Source: Anthoceros angustus (lineage: Eukaryota; Plantae; Anthocerotophyta). Taken from it: 64,000 nucleotides of DNA. The translations under genes were made by a program, and so were the position numbers. The DNA lies in contig VJWM01000259.1 in assembly GCA_010909165.1 (NCBI GenBank), positions 1-64,000 of the forward strand, given 5' to 3'. This document shows, in pieces, positions 48,901-62,745 of the stretch. Within the stretch, counting starts at the first letter, position 1, and each line of letters opens with the position of its first letter. Below the pieces are notes generated by a model. The model saw nothing but the letters and a program-made list of their open reading frames with translations. It made no database searches and had not been told where the DNA came from.

Positions 48901-51900
48901 GTTGCTTCCACAGCCTAGTTTCTCGTCGTAGTCAAACTCTTGCAGATAGTACCCATCGGCAATCCTTCGACAAATCGGCTTGTTGACAAGATACTTCAGC
49001 AAAATGGTCAAGCGTCACCTTGCAAGCAAGCGGATAGTGTCTAAACTTCTTACGAGTAAATGATACCAAGACCCTCCGCTCCGTGGTTGAGTAGTTCTTT
49101 TGACATCTGAGTCTACCGCATAGAAAATCGGATGATCCGTTTCTTCTCATCCCGCTTAAGAGCGGTCCCAATGGCATAGCGGACACATCACATTATACAT
49201 GAAGCGGCTTCTCCCAATCTGGTAAGTTGGCGCTCACCAAGCGTCCTTCAGCTCTTTGAAAAGCCTCTGTCTTGCATTGGTCCATTCGAAGGTGTATCCT
49301 TCTTGGTCAATTGTGTCAACAAGGCTGCCTTCTTGGCGAAATCCTTGATGAACCTCCTCTGTAATACCCTACAGCCCTACAAAAGCTGCCTCACCGTTTG
49401 TGTGCGTCCATCTCATTATCGCTACCTTTATCCTTATCTACACGCAATCCTCTTCGAAACTCGATGTGCTAACAAAATGCCCTCGTCATGCCAAAATAAC
49501 ACTTCCGGATGAAGTTTCATGTTCGACTCTGCACAACATTGCCTCAAATGGTCTAAATGCGTTCCTCCCAAACACGAAATCATCTAGGAATACCTCCATG
49601 AACTTCTCGGAAAATCTCGGAATATCGCGTTCACCACTGTTGAAAGTGGCGGGGCATTGCACAACCCGAAGGAGCTTGAATAAGCGTAAGTTCCCCAATC
49701 CGTTGTGAGCGTTGTCTTGTCTGATCCTCCTTCCTCGCGAAATTTGATTGTACCGAATCCATCAAGCTGTACATCTCATGTCACTCATGTCCGGCCTGTC
49801 CATGAAAGGTAAAGGTGATGATCCTTCTTCGTTGCTTCATTGAGCTTCACGAAATCTTGACACACCGAACCTTTCCTGCTTCTTTGGTACAATCACGATG
49901 GGGCGACCCACTCCTTTGGTGAGCCGGATAAATCACCCACCTCCAAGTATTGGTCGGTGATCCTTAACAACCATGGAATACTTGGGATTCGGTGTATTGC
50001 TTGATCCTCACGGTCTTGCCCTCCTTCAAATCGATTCGATGTATCCCAGTTCTCTTCTGTCATGTCGTAATCTTGAAGGCAAACACATCGACATACTCCC
50101 TAAGCACTCTGAAACTCTTCTTTTCTACACCTAGGTACTTAGAAATCTTGACTACCTTGCTAGGTTCTAACTCTAGGTCTCTACGTCGGGATCTACATAT
50201 GTTCCTACGGGTGCTACCTATCTTGGTTCGGATCCCTCTTCGGAAAATCTCGATCATAGCTTACCCTTCCAAAATACTCCTTCTCTATGGGCCTCATCCT
50301 CGACTCTTCTCTTCCTCTATATGTAAGCATACACCAAAATCACTCTTTATTTTGACCTCGTGAGGACCCCGATATGCTTGGTCCTTTGCAGGAGCTTACC
50401 CGTGCTACGAGGTGTACCCGTCGGTGGTTGCGGACTCCCCTCATAGGAGCCTTGCTCCATGACACAAAGCAATCGCCCGCAGTCCGTTTCTCGGACTTGA
50501 AGGTGATGCCACTCGACCAAAATCAAAAACACCGCGTACCATACAACCAAGGCCTACCTATCAAAACCTTATAGCCTAAATCCGAAAAGCGCATCACAAT
50601 GTAGGTAAGATGGAAGGTGAGTCCCAATTCACAGTGGGTACATTCTTGGCACCCCTGGCTTTCTCCTTGCAGTGCCATCCGTAAAAATACTCGGGCGGGT
50701 GAAACTCGGTGAACCCGAGTTGATGAGTCTCCTCCGTCATCAAGTTGACTCCGATCCGAATCTAATGGCACGTCGGGCACCAAACACCGCAATTTCAACC
50801 TCAATCTCGGGTGCCCCAAATCAGAGTTCGACCACATTTACCTCCAGCGCTTTCTCCTTATGCAGTCGGCCATCCAAAATACTCGGGCGGGTGAAACTCG
50901 GTGAACCCAAGTTGATGAGTCTCCTCCGTCATCAAGTTGACTCCGATCCGAATCTAATGGCACGTTGGGCACCAAACACCGCAATTTCAACCTCAATCTC
51001 GGGTGCCCCAAATCAATGAGTTCGACCACATTTACCTCCAACGGCGTTTCTCCTCCCTCCTTGAGATTCCCTGATCGCCTCCTTCACAATTTTGCGGGAT
51101 CTCGGACTCACAAGCAAGCATCTCGGTGACCACAAATTCGCGGTCAAGTAATGCGTCGTGGCCCGAGATTTATCGACAAGGTTTCCTCCCGCTTGCAGCC
51201 ACAGCTGGTCGACTCCGACCTTATTGGTAAAGCTTCGATTCCATGATCCCTCCTATCGGTGGGACCCTACCGGCGGATCAATAATTCCTCGCTCCACCTT
51301 CCGTGTCGGGTGAGCTGTTTAGCTCATCTTCCGGCATCGCCGCCCGGCTAATGTCGGGAGGAACGTTCCTCCCTCCTTGGCCCTTCTTCGTCGCCCCGGT
51401 AGTGCGGTCTACCCGTTGCCGGACTGGGTAGTCTCCCCCCCTCCTCCCCTCTCTTGCCCGGCGCGTCTCCGGAGGCCAAGGTGAGTCGTCCCTCACCTTC
51501 CTCCTTCCTCTCCTGTGCGTTTTCCGTCGGCCTTTCTCGGCGCCGGTCGTGGTCACCAGGCCACCATCAACCTTCATCCGCTCATCTCTCCTTCATACCT
51601 CTTCCTCCACGATGTCACACGATCCGTCGAGAATCATACTCCTCCACCTTGACACGGTCGGTTCATGTCGCGGTTTCGGTTGGGTCGTGCCTCTTCCTGC
51701 GCTCGGTGAACGACTCACAGTGTCTGGTGTCACTCGCGCCACCCGTGCACAGGATCCCCATTTTATGTCCCAATTCCTTACATACGGCAAAGGGTACATA
51801 ACCCACTTGCTTCGTGGTTACGGGCATTCGTTTGAGTAGTGGGCTCGCAATTATAACAACATCCTGTGGAATCGCCATTGTGATGGATCGGTCTCCATTG

Positions 51901-54261
51901 TCTGGCGATGTCGGTCGCGATCCATACCTTGAGGCGGTGTAGTCGGTTGGTAAGTCGCCCTCATTGATTGAGGTGGCCGACTTCCGGTGACCGCTTGCAC
52001 ACTAGCGCCCCACATACCAATAATCTCCCGGCATGGCGGTTTCCACATGATTTACGTATGGTGGTGCGAATACATTCCGGTTGGTGTGTCCCGTTTGATG
52101 ACAAATTGAATACACCAAGCGCCTTGGTGAGGAGATCTTCGTGGAGCTTGATTCTTCACTGCCTTGACCTCTAACTCGGTCAACCTCTTGGTCAAAGCCT
52201 CCACTTGTCCAGCAATCCCTCCTCCTGCTGCAGACGTTTCTCCCTTCTCCATCCGACGGACCGTCTTCCCTTTCCTCTCCTTCTCCAATGCGTTCCGCCT
52301 CTTCCTGTCGTCTTTTGACCTTCTCCAGGTCCTTCTTCATTCGTCGTTCGTAGGCCTTCTCTGATTCTTCATCCGATGTGGAGCTTTCCTGAGTTCCGCT
52401 GTCCTCACTTCGATGAGGCGGTATGGAGGCAGGAAGCGAGGAGCTAGATCTCCTCGATCCTTCCTCTTCTTATGACTTCGCCTCTTCTTCCTCCTCCCAA
52501 CTCGGCGGACTCCCATTCCTCGGCTAAGCGGAGGCCCCTTAACGTCTTCGTTCCACGCTGCGGTGTACCTCCATTTTCGAGACAAGCCACTCACAAACCA
52601 ATCCAACGCTTGCTCTTGTGAGTACCAGTGGGTGGATCTCCGGCTCTCGGGTGCACATTTGAACTCGATCCGGATATCCGTAAAACCTCTCCACATAATC
52701 GAACAAGATTCTCGTTTCTTCCTCTGAAGGGTTCTCAACTTTGCCAAGTGTGGTGTGCGTGAGCCCTCGGAACCGATTCAAGAAAATGCTTGAGCTTCCC
52801 AATCGTTGGCGCGAATTATAGTGCGACCATACCCTTGCATGCCCTCTCGGCGATCCGGAAGATCGCGATCGATCGGCGACTCCATCCTCCAATTAGCGTG
52901 GGAGGCGTGCTCAAAGTTCTTACGCCTCCGCGTCATCTCCCTTCTTCTTCTCGCGAATTTGGCGTATTCTTTGGCGAAGTTGGCGGTCCTCCTCCTCCAC
53001 CAACTCCACTCATGTTGCTCGTCGGCGTCACACGCCAACACTTCTCGGTAACGAAACAAATCGGGATCCTTGAGCGAAATCTTCTACCAACAAGGGAGTA
53101 GCGACCTCCCCTCTGGTTCGTCCCAACAGATCAATCTGATCGGAGATTCGATCAAGTCGTTCCGCCAAATCCTCCGACCAAGCGAAATTCCCGCTCGGCG
53201 ACCTCGTCGTCAGTCGATTCTGGAGATGAGGTGGTATCGCTTTGAGAAGCAAAGCGTCGCGGGCGTTCGCGCGGCTGGCGGTCGTGCTCGGAGGCGCCCT
53301 TCCTCGTCATGGACACCTTCTCTTCTCGACCTCCTTCCTCTCTCGGTGATCTCGCCTCTTCCTCCTCCACTTCTCCGTCATCGTTCCGCACCTCGCCTTC
53401 CGGGTCAAGGCGACTTCCTCCGTGCTCGTGACTCTACTTCCTCCTGCCCTCGAGTAGCGGTAGCGGTCTCTTCCTTAGTGATTTCTTGAGGCTCGTAAAT
53501 CTCTTGCGGTGGCGGCGGTGGTGACCTTCGTGTATCTCCCGAGATCGACCCCTACGACATCGCAACCATCCTCATGTCCTCCAACCCACGGTGTTAAGAA
53601 GGAAACCCTCTAGTTCGTCCCAACAGATCAATCTGATCGGAGATTCGATCGAGACGGTCCGCCAAATCCTCCGACCAGCACGAAATTCCCGCTCGGCGAC
53701 CTCGTCGTCCTTTCGATTGGAAGTAGGGGTGGTATCACCGCTTCGAGAAGCAAAACGTCGCGGGCGTTCGCGGCGGTTGTGAGGTCGTGCTCGGAGGCGC
53801 CCTTCCTCGTTTGGACACCTTCTCTTCTCGACCTCCTTCCTCTCGGTGATCTCGCCTCTTCCTCCTCCTTCTCCGTCATCGTTCCGCACCTCGCCTTGGA
53901 GTCGGCGACTTCCTCGCGTCGTCTCTACTTCCTCCGCTGCCTCGAGTGGCGGCGGTAGCGGTCTCTTCCTTAGCGATTCTTCAAGGCTCGTAAATCTCTT
54001 GCGGTGGTGTGGTGACCTTCGCGTGTATCTCGAGATCGACCCCTACCAGACATTTGCAACCATCCTCATGTCCTCCAACCCACAGTTGTTAAGAAGGAAG
54101 CAAATCACACCCCTTTAGTGTCTCAACCATTCACCCCTATGACAACTTAGGCAGCGCGAAATTCCTTCTTCTCACCCTATGGTCGACCCTCAGTCCCTTC
54201 TCAAGCACGCTATAGCCTAGCGATGGAAACCACAAGACTTCAACCTTTCAACAACAAATCC

Positions 54262-54272
54262 CAACGGCGCCA
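54262..54272 (-). promoter_or_regulatory. Element F1 PBS (TGGCGCCGTTG, Athila-type)
   Basis: Minus strand reads ...ctaccaca tttt tggcgccgttgg. Confidence 0.8.
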
Positions 54273-54276
54273 AAAA

Positions 54277-55285
54277 TGTGGTAGGGAAAACCCGGGGCAC
54301 TCCCAGGTCCTCCCACTATAAGCGGCCACACTTATCACTTGTCGCCCGTCGTTGGGTTTCGTCCCATGAGACTTGTGTGAAAGTTCGAGGCCTTGTGATG
54401 CCGTCGCTTCGACACACTTCTCGACCTTCTAACAAGCAAGGCGCCTCTACTCTCCCTCTTCAGTGCACCACTTGCCTTTGCCCGAAAATCGCCAATCCTC
54501 GACCTACAGCGACACAACACAATTGCGAGTCACCTTCGGTGAGGAGCCTATCACGGGCGCCGGGGACCCCAGTCCACACGCGATTTCGTCCCTACTTCTA
54601 AGACCACTCTTCTCCACTCGGGGCGCTCTTTTACTTGCAGTTGGGATTCGTCCCTTAGGCTCTGCACTGTGGCCTTCCACTAACACCTACACCTCTAATC
54701 CTCTACTCATCTTCTCATCCTCTTCCTCCTATTCTAACCTCGATTCGGGCTTCTTGGTTTGACTCGCCCTTCAGCTGGCTGGGTCGGCCTCCACCAGCAA
54801 GTTCTTCCTTGGGCGGTTGCTATGAGTTTGACACCATGAGAACGGAGTCTTTCCACGTAGTCTACCCTCAAGCCGAGGTTCTCCACAGGCATTTGCCACA
54901 CACCCAAAGCAAAGCAATTTCACAACAACCATTCACAAGGGAGCAACTCGTTTAGGCACTTGCGTGAGCAAGTCCTCCACCAAGCACTCCAGACCACGCG
55001 ACTTCCTCTCTACAGAATGTTGGCTCCACGAAATTCCTCTGTAATGGCAAAGGACTCGATGGCGTGGGCGCAAGACATGATACTTTACTTTGTGAAATCC
55101 TCCTCCTCTTATAGGAGGCCTTCCACATACAACCTCCCTTGGGTGACCCTCTGCAGTCACCTTTTCCAATATTCTATTATTTCCTACCTTGACATTTAAT
55201 ATACGGCACCTAAATCTATTATGTCCTTGGTAAATTCTATTCTAGTAACTTCACCTAAGACCATCCTTGAAGGATGTCGATTACA
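54277..55285 (-). repeat. Family F LTR, with a PPT upstream and a PBS downstream
   Basis: Minus strand TGT...ACCACA; PPT at 55286-55305; homologous to 41962-42995 and to a partial copy at ~56870-57660. Confidence 0.82.
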
Positions 55286-58200
55286 CCACCTATCCTTCTT
55301 CCCCAAAGCTCATTTATGGTCATTGACCATTCTTAGTCTTATCTCTTTGGGGTGGTGACATGTCCTTGGATTGGCTCCCTCGCCCTCCTTTTGCTCTTGC
55401 CCTTCCCGGATCTTGTCGCCTTAATGTGTGGGGCAAGTACAATCTGCCCTTCCTCCATCTCCATGGCGGCGCCTTCTTCCTTCCGCCATCGCGCCTCCCC
55501 CGCCTTTCTCCCTCCGCCTGGTCGCGTTCATCGCACCCTACGCGGTAGTCAGCGGACTACGGGTGGTGACTTCCATGGTAGTCGGCCCCTTCTCCTTCTT
55601 CCCCGCGCCGGTGAGGTTTCTTGGGTCAGATCTTCCATTGCTCTTTGCCTTGTTTGGTTTGTCCATACCTATCATGAGCACCTTCATCTTCCCCATTGTA
55701 CCATGCCTAACTCTCGGGCCCTTTGCGTTGGTCTCCTCTCGGGTCCGGCTCCTCCCTTATCCGTGGGGGCGGGAACTTCTCACCCTCCCCTTCCTCGCAG
55801 GTGACCGTCTTAGTCTTATCTCTTTGGGGTGGTGACATGTCCTTGGATTGGCTCCCTCGCCCTCCTTTTGCTCTGTCCCTTCCCGGATCTTCCTAATGTG
55901 TGGGGCAAGTACAATCTGCCCTTCCTCCATCTCAGGGGCGCGATTCCTGTCCCCCTCCTTGCTCTGCGCCACCTTCTTGTGGCTCCTCCTCCTCTTTCTG
56001 GTGGCGCCGTTCTCGGCACCCTACGCGGTAGTCAGCGAGACTCGGGTGGTGACTACCATGGTAGTCGGCCTATCTCCTTCTTCTCCTTCCTCCATCGGTG
56101 AGGTTTCTTGGGTCAGATCTTCCATTGCTCTTTGCCTTCTTTGTTTGTCCATACCTATGAGCATCTTCAAAATCTTCCCCCTCGGGCCTTCTCGTTTTTG
56201 CGTCCTCCTCCACCTGGCTCCTCCCTTATCGTGGGGGCGAACTTCTCACCCTCCCCTTCCTCGGCGGGTGGGACCCGTCCTTAGTCTCCTCCGGTGGGGT
56301 TGTCTCTCCCACCACCCAGCTGCTCCTCAGGGGTATACTCGGACCCCGGCTCCTTCATCCTTGGCGGGCCTCCGGCCAACTCCCCAGCAGGCTCCTGCCA
56401 CCTCCCGTGGTCAGCGGGGGCGTGGTCATGTCTACCACGGTCTGGCGGACTACCGTGGTAGGGTGGTCACCTGTAGTGGTGACCCCGGTGGGCTGTCCCC
56501 CTCCTTGCTCTGCGCCATCTACCTTTGGCGCTCGGTGCTCCTCACTCGACTCCTCAGTTCCTCGAGTCCATTTTGATGGCCTCATCAAAATCGGAGGCCT
56601 CTGCACTTTTGCTCCTTGTCATCATCATGAGGACCCAATGTCCTCCTCTTGGCCGTAAGACTTCATTGTTGGCCTTCAAAATCTGTTGTGGAGGTGAGCC
56701 CCAAGTTGATATTGCATTTGGAGATCATCAATCTCGTGGGCCACTCTCCATCTTCACACCTACCTTTGTAGGCGTCCCTTGAGGTGGTCAATTCCCACCT
56801 TGACATGGAGGTTACATTCTCCTCCCTCACTTCCTTTTGGCTGGCCAATTTTGCACGAAGGGCATAGTCACCCAAAATCGCCAATCCTCGACCTACAACG
56901 ACACAACACAATTCGAGTCACGCCTCGGCGAGGAGCCTATCAGGCGGGGACCCCAGTCCACACGCGATTTCGTCCCTACTTCTAAGACCACTCTTCTCCA
57001 CTCGGGGCGCTCTTTTACTTGCAGTTGGGATTCGTCCCTTAGGCTCTGCACATGGCCTTCCTAACACCTACACCTCTAATCCTCTACTCATCTTCTCATC
57101 CTCTTCCTCCTATTCTAACCTCGATTCGGGCTTCTTGGCCCTTACAACTGGCTGCACAGGGTCGGCCTCCACCAGCAAGTTCTTCCTTGGGCGGTTGCTA
57201 TGAGTTTGACACCGGCAGAACCTCCGAGTCTTTCCACACCGTCTACCCTCAAGCCGAGGTTCTGGGCATTTGCCACACACCCAAAGCAAAGCAATTTCAC
57301 AACAACCATTCACAAGGGAGCAACTCGTTTAGGCACTTGCAGTGAGCAAGTCCTCCACCAACACTCAGACCATGACTTCCTCTCTACAGACTGCGTTGGC
57401 TCACGCCGAAATTCCTCTGTAATGGCAAAGGACTCGATGGCGTGGGCGCAAGACATGATACTTTACTTTGTGAAATCCTCCTCCTCTTATAGGAGGCCTT
57501 CCACATACAACCTCCCTTAGGTGACCCTCTGCAGGTCACCTTTTCCAATTCTATTATTTCCTACATGACATTTAATGTCGGCACCTAAATCTATTATATC
57601 CTTGGTAAATTCTATTCTAGTAACTTCACCTAAGTCATCCTTGAAGGATGTCGATCTACACCACCTATCCTTCCGTTCCCCAAAGCTCATTTATGGTCAT
57701 TGACCATTCTTAGTCTTATCTCTTTGGGGTGGTGACATGTCCTTGGATTGGCTCCCTCGCCCTCCTTTTGCTCTTGCCCTTCCCGGATCTTGTCGCCTTC
57801 CTAATGTGTGGGGCAAGTACAATCTGCCCTTCCTCCATCTCTCATGGTGGCGCCTCTGTTATCTTCCATCGCGCCCCTCCGCCTGGCGCCCTTTTCTCCG
57901 CCTCCGCCTGGTCGCGTTCATCGCACCCTACGCGGTAGTCGGCGGACTGGGTGGTGACTTCTACCATGGTAGTCGGTCCCTTCTCCTTCTTCCATCGGTG
58001 AGGTTTCTTGGGTCAGATCTTCCATTGCTCTTTGCCTTCTGTTTGGTTTGTCCATACCTCCATAGGCATCTTCAAAATCTTCTTCTGCGGATCTAACTCT
58101 CGGGCCTTCTTTGCGTTGGTCTCCTCCTCCACAGCCCTTTAGTCTCCTCCGGTGGGGTTGTCTCTCCCACCACCCAGCTGCTCCTCAGGGGTATACTCGG

Positions 58201-61200
58201 ACCCCGGCTCCTTCATCCTTGGGGGCCTCGCGGCGACTCCCCTCTCCGCCCGCTCACCCCCCTACCATGATGCAGCGGACTCGGCGTGGTCTGACTGCAG
58301 TAGTGGCGGACTACGTGGTAGGGTGGTCACCTATGGGGTTGACCCCGAGGTGGGCTTTCCCCCTCCTTGCTCTGCGCCATCTTCCACCTTTGGCGCTCGG
58401 CTCCTCATCTCGACTCCTCAGTTCCTCGAGTCCATTTCGTGATGGCCTCATCAAAATCGGAGGCCTCTGCACGCTCCTTTGTCATCATCATGAGGACCCA
58501 ATGTCCTCCTCTTGGCCAAGTAAGATCTCATTGTTGGCCTTCAAAATCTATTGTGGAGGTGAGCCCCAAGCTATGATATTGCATTTGGAGATCATCAATC
58601 TCGTGGGCCACTCTCCATCTTCACACCTACCTTTGTAGGCGTCCCTTGAGGTGGTCAATTCCCACCTTGACATGGAGGTCACATTCTCCTCCCTCACTTC
58701 CTTTTGGTTGGCCAATTTTGCACGAAGGGCATAATCGCCCTCTCCTTCTCACCACCGCATTGTACCACCTTCTTGTGGCTCCTCCTCTGGACCTCCTTTG
58801 TTCCAATTCATTCTTGGCAAGCCTCCTTCTCCACTTGCCAAGCACTTCCTCGCTCCAATTCTTGTCTGGTCTTGACTCGCTGGCGCTTCTCTTCCAAATT
58901 GAAGTCCTTCTCAACTCCTCTCCCATGTCCGGATTTTGATGGCTTGAGTAGCCATCACACTGCTCATGGCGTCCACTTGTTGGACGCTTCTTCTCCTCAG
59001 AGCCTGTTTTGCCCTTTTCTCTTGCTCTAATTGGGCAAAATGCTCTTCCGCCTTTGCCTCCAAGAATCCTTTGGGTTGTTGCCGAATGGCTCTTTCTTGA
59101 CTGTGACACCTTCCCTCAGGACCTTCTCCCGTGCGCTCTCCATGAGGTCGCTGGAGCTTCTCCTGACCTTTCCAATTTGGCTGCCTTTTCATCGGACTCC
59201 ATGGCCTCCAATTGCCATTTGGTCCACCTTTCCTCCGGCCATGTCTTGAGATTTCACTTCCTCTTGGCATGCCCACAAGGAGGCTGCTAGGTCCCTAGCC
59301 CCTTCAAATCCAGTGAGTGCTTCACAAGCTCAGCAATTCTCCTAGGGGTCCTAATTCCCCCCTTTTCTTCTTCTTTGGAAATTTCCAGCTCTCCTTTCGG
59401 GCCATCAGCCGGCCAGTCCCCTCGTCGCTCCATCCTCTCCCACCAAGGAGATGGTGGCCTCGCGCCCGCGGCTCTTGCTTCTCCTTCCCTTCCCACCGTG
59501 GGCTGCTTGCGGCGTGGGGTGCAGCCTACCAGTGGTGCTCCCTTGCCTACCTACCATGGTAGGCGCCTACGGTAATGCCCACCCCTTGGGTGGCGCCTCC
59601 CCTAGGTAGGTGCCGGGGTGCCTCTCGTAGGCACAAAGGAGATGGTGGGGACTCCCCACTCCTTGGGGCATCACCCCTCCTGTGGTCCTTCTCTCATAGA
59701 CCACCATTCGGCCTTCCTCGGCGGTTCTGTTCTTCTCCCTTGCTCCTCTGTGGGGAAAATTCCCACTCGGCAACCTTGTTGCCTCCCATCCTCCTCTTGG
59801 CCAAAAGCAGATCTCATTGTTGGCCTTCAAAATCTGTTGTGGAGGTGAGCCCCAAGTTGATATTGCATTTGGAGATCATCAATCTCGTGGGCCACTCTCC
59901 ATCTTCACCTACCTACCTTGTAGGCGTCCTCTTGAGGTGGTCAATTCCCCACCTTGACATGGAGGTACATTCTCCTCCCTCACTTCCTGGTGGTTGGCCA
60001 ATTTTGCGAAGGGCATAGTGCCCAAAATCTCTTCCTCACCACGTGCACCACCTTCTTGTGGCTCCTCCTCTGGAACCTCCTTTGTTCCAGTCGCTAATTC
60101 TTGGCAAGCCTCCTTCTCACTTGCCAACTCACTTCCCTCGCTCATTCTTGCTGGTCTTGAGCCTTTCCTCGCGCTTCTCTTCCAAATTGCTTCTTTTCCT
60201 CTTCCATGTCCGGATTTTGATGGCTTGAGTAGCCATCACACACACTCCTTCGTCCATTCTTTGGACCTTCTTCTCCTTCCTAGAGCCTCTGTTTTGCCCT
60301 TCTCTTGCTCTAATTGGGCAAAATGCTCCTCATTTGCCTCCATGAATCCTTTGGGTTGTTGCCGAATGGCTCTTTCTTGACCAACCCCTCTAGGACCTTT
60401 CCCTTGCTCATGAGGTCGTTGGAGCTCTCTGACCTTTTCCGGCTTGGCTGCCTTTTCATCGGACTCCATGGCCTCCAATTGCCATTTGGTCCAGCCTTCC
60501 TCCGGCCATGTCTTGAGATTTCACTTCCTCTTGGCATGCCCACAAGGAGGCTGCTGGTCCCTAGCCCCTTCAAATCCACCGGTGAGTGCTTCACAAGCAC
60601 TCCAGCAATTCTCCTAGGGTCCTAATTCACCCCTCCTTCTTCTTTGGAAATTTCCAGCTCTCCACCCCGGGCCATCCCGGCAGTCCCCTTCACCGTCGCT
60701 CCATCCGCTCTCCCACCAGCGGGATGGTGGCCTCGGCGCCCTTCGCCTTCTCCTTCCCCTTCCACCTCGTGGTAGGCTGCTCGTGGGGTGCACCGCCTAG
60801 CGGTGGCTGCCCCTGGTGCCTACCTACCATGGTGGGGTGCTCCTACCACGGTGGTGCCCACCCCTTGGTGTGCCTCCCTCTAGGGAGTAGGGGTGCCTCT
60901 CCCGTAGGCACAAAGGAGATGGTGGGGACTCCCCACTCCTTGCATCACCCCTCCTGTGGTCCTTCTCTCATAGACTACCATTCCTTGGGTTCCTTCTTCT
61001 CCCTTGCTTGCTCACAGGAAAGATTCCCTCGGCAACCTTGTTGCCTCCATCTCCTCTTGCTTCTAGCATGCTTGTGGAGTCGACCTCCATCTTCCTCAAT
61101 GCAAAGGCAAAGGCCTTTCCAACCTCGGTGGAGATGGATGACCTCAAAGGGATGCCATGCATCTTCAAGCTCCTTGCTTGTGAGAAGTCCTTCGGTTTCC

Positions 61201-62745
61201 CAAATGCACCAAATAGGTGCTAAGGTAGCAGGCCTTGGCCTTCCTCATCCACGAATTTGGCTTGAGGAGCTTCTCGATGGTGGATGTAGGCCTCATGATA
61301 TGGTCCCCAATCGGCTTGGCTCCCATGGAAATCTTCCACAAAAATTGGAGGAAGTTGGTCTTTGAAATAATAGTGCGTTGGTAATTTACCAACACAATCT
61401 TTGCGAAGAGCCTCCACTTGACTCCTTGATGCTCTCGGTCTTCCAGCCATTCTTGGCGTGGGCCTTTCCTCCTCCATCCATCATGTCGAGGAACTCCTGC
61501 GGGATGTCGGAGGCAGTCCTCTTCCCTCCATTCGACCTTTCGAGGAGAGCAATTCAGCTCTCTCCTCCGGTCTTCCATACACTTGAATACTTGGGTCCAG
61601 CGGGGATCGTTCGAGCATTCCTTCCGACGGCGGGTGCTTCCGATTGATGGAGGTTGATGTAACACTCCTCAATCAATTCCAAATTGGTGTAGGCCCATTG
61701 GCGGCCATACACCCATCAGTGGATGTTCTCCTCCTCGCCTTGAAAATCCAAAATCTCGGGGTTGAGCTGCCAAAAAAAAGTGAATTGGGGCATCAGCTCA
61801 TCCCCACAGCGCCACCTTCTTTTCTTTCCTTCGCGAGAGAGCCCTTGGCGGCTCCTTCCCTTGCCTTCCTCGAGGCATGGTGCTTCTCCTTCAAAAGCTT
61901 CAAGGAGAATTACTCTCCAAAGAGCTTAATTTCCACACTCCTTCTTGTTGGGGTACCCTCTGACCACGTTAATACAGGTTGGGCTTCAGGCCAATTTTCT
62001 TCCTCTTCAGGCGCGCCTTGGGTAGTCGCCCTTCACCTTTTACTCTCACCTCCTTCAGCTCGCCATGTTTGCTTGCTCTCCCGCACCCTTTGGCGCGCTC
62101 CTCGTTTGGCTCTCCACGCTCCTGTTGGATGTCTTCTTTTTCCTTCGCCTCGGTGGGGTTTCTCTCTTTCGCGCGCGCCTTTCTCGAGGCGATGGCGGCG
62201 ATGCGATGGCGATTTCTCTCCTTCCTTCTTCTCCTTCTCCGCTCCCAACTCCAGTCCGAAGTGGAAGGGGCGCCGCACTTTGCCCTCCTTGGATATACAC
62301 CCAGGCACAACCCTAGATTGGGTTCATCATTCCAAAATCCTAATTCTATCTAAACTACCTATTTTCCTACTATGCTATCCCTAATTACTTCTAATTAATC
62401 CTATTTATTCCCTATTGGTGAGCATATATAGTGGATATCCCCTATATTCATTGCTTTTGCGAGATTAGTCAACCTACCGCGGTGATACTTGACCGTGATG
62501 GTGCTGCTTCTTCTCAGCCTACGGCGTGGTGTGTGCGACCTACGGTGATACCGACCCAACCTTTGACTGCCCTCACGCCTCGTCGGGGTCATTTGACCGT
62601 TCTTCTTCTGGGATATCCTTCTTCCTAACAATATCCTACAACTCCGGCTTGATTCTCGAAAATTTTCAGCATGCTCCTCTTCAATCGTTTCTAGCAAAAA
62701 AAATCAAACATTATCTTGGGCTCTTTTGGGCTGTTGCCCAACTTT
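55286..62745 (-). mobile_element. 3' region of further family F copies (post-integrase extra ORF, 3' UTR, PPT, partial LTR), rearranged and duplicated
   Basis: 61700-62745 is homologous to 43050-44145; PPT+LTR junctions at 55286 and 57661; duplicated blocks 58500-59780 and 59790-61050. Confidence 0.75.
58500..62310 (-). pseudogene. Family F extra (env-position) ORF, frameshifted, function unknown
   Basis: Chain of same-strand ORF pieces (62033..62308, 61165..61665, 60968..61168, 60236..60600, 58627..59276) downstream of integrase; basic N-terminus and coiled-coil-like C-part. Confidence 0.45.

Larger units (their letters stand above)
42996..55285 (-). mobile_element. Element F1: Athila-like Ty3/gypsy (gag, PR, RT, RH, INT, start of extra ORF), with duplications
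   Basis: ICHQTGHTNRN knuckle remnant; VLIGRPWL; FMEVFLDDF; LTQLTKKD; FEKWGIDFRGPIKPP; FENIITRYGCPLELV; YNPKANGLTEKTN. The INT block is present three times (44400-48400). Confidence 0.88.
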
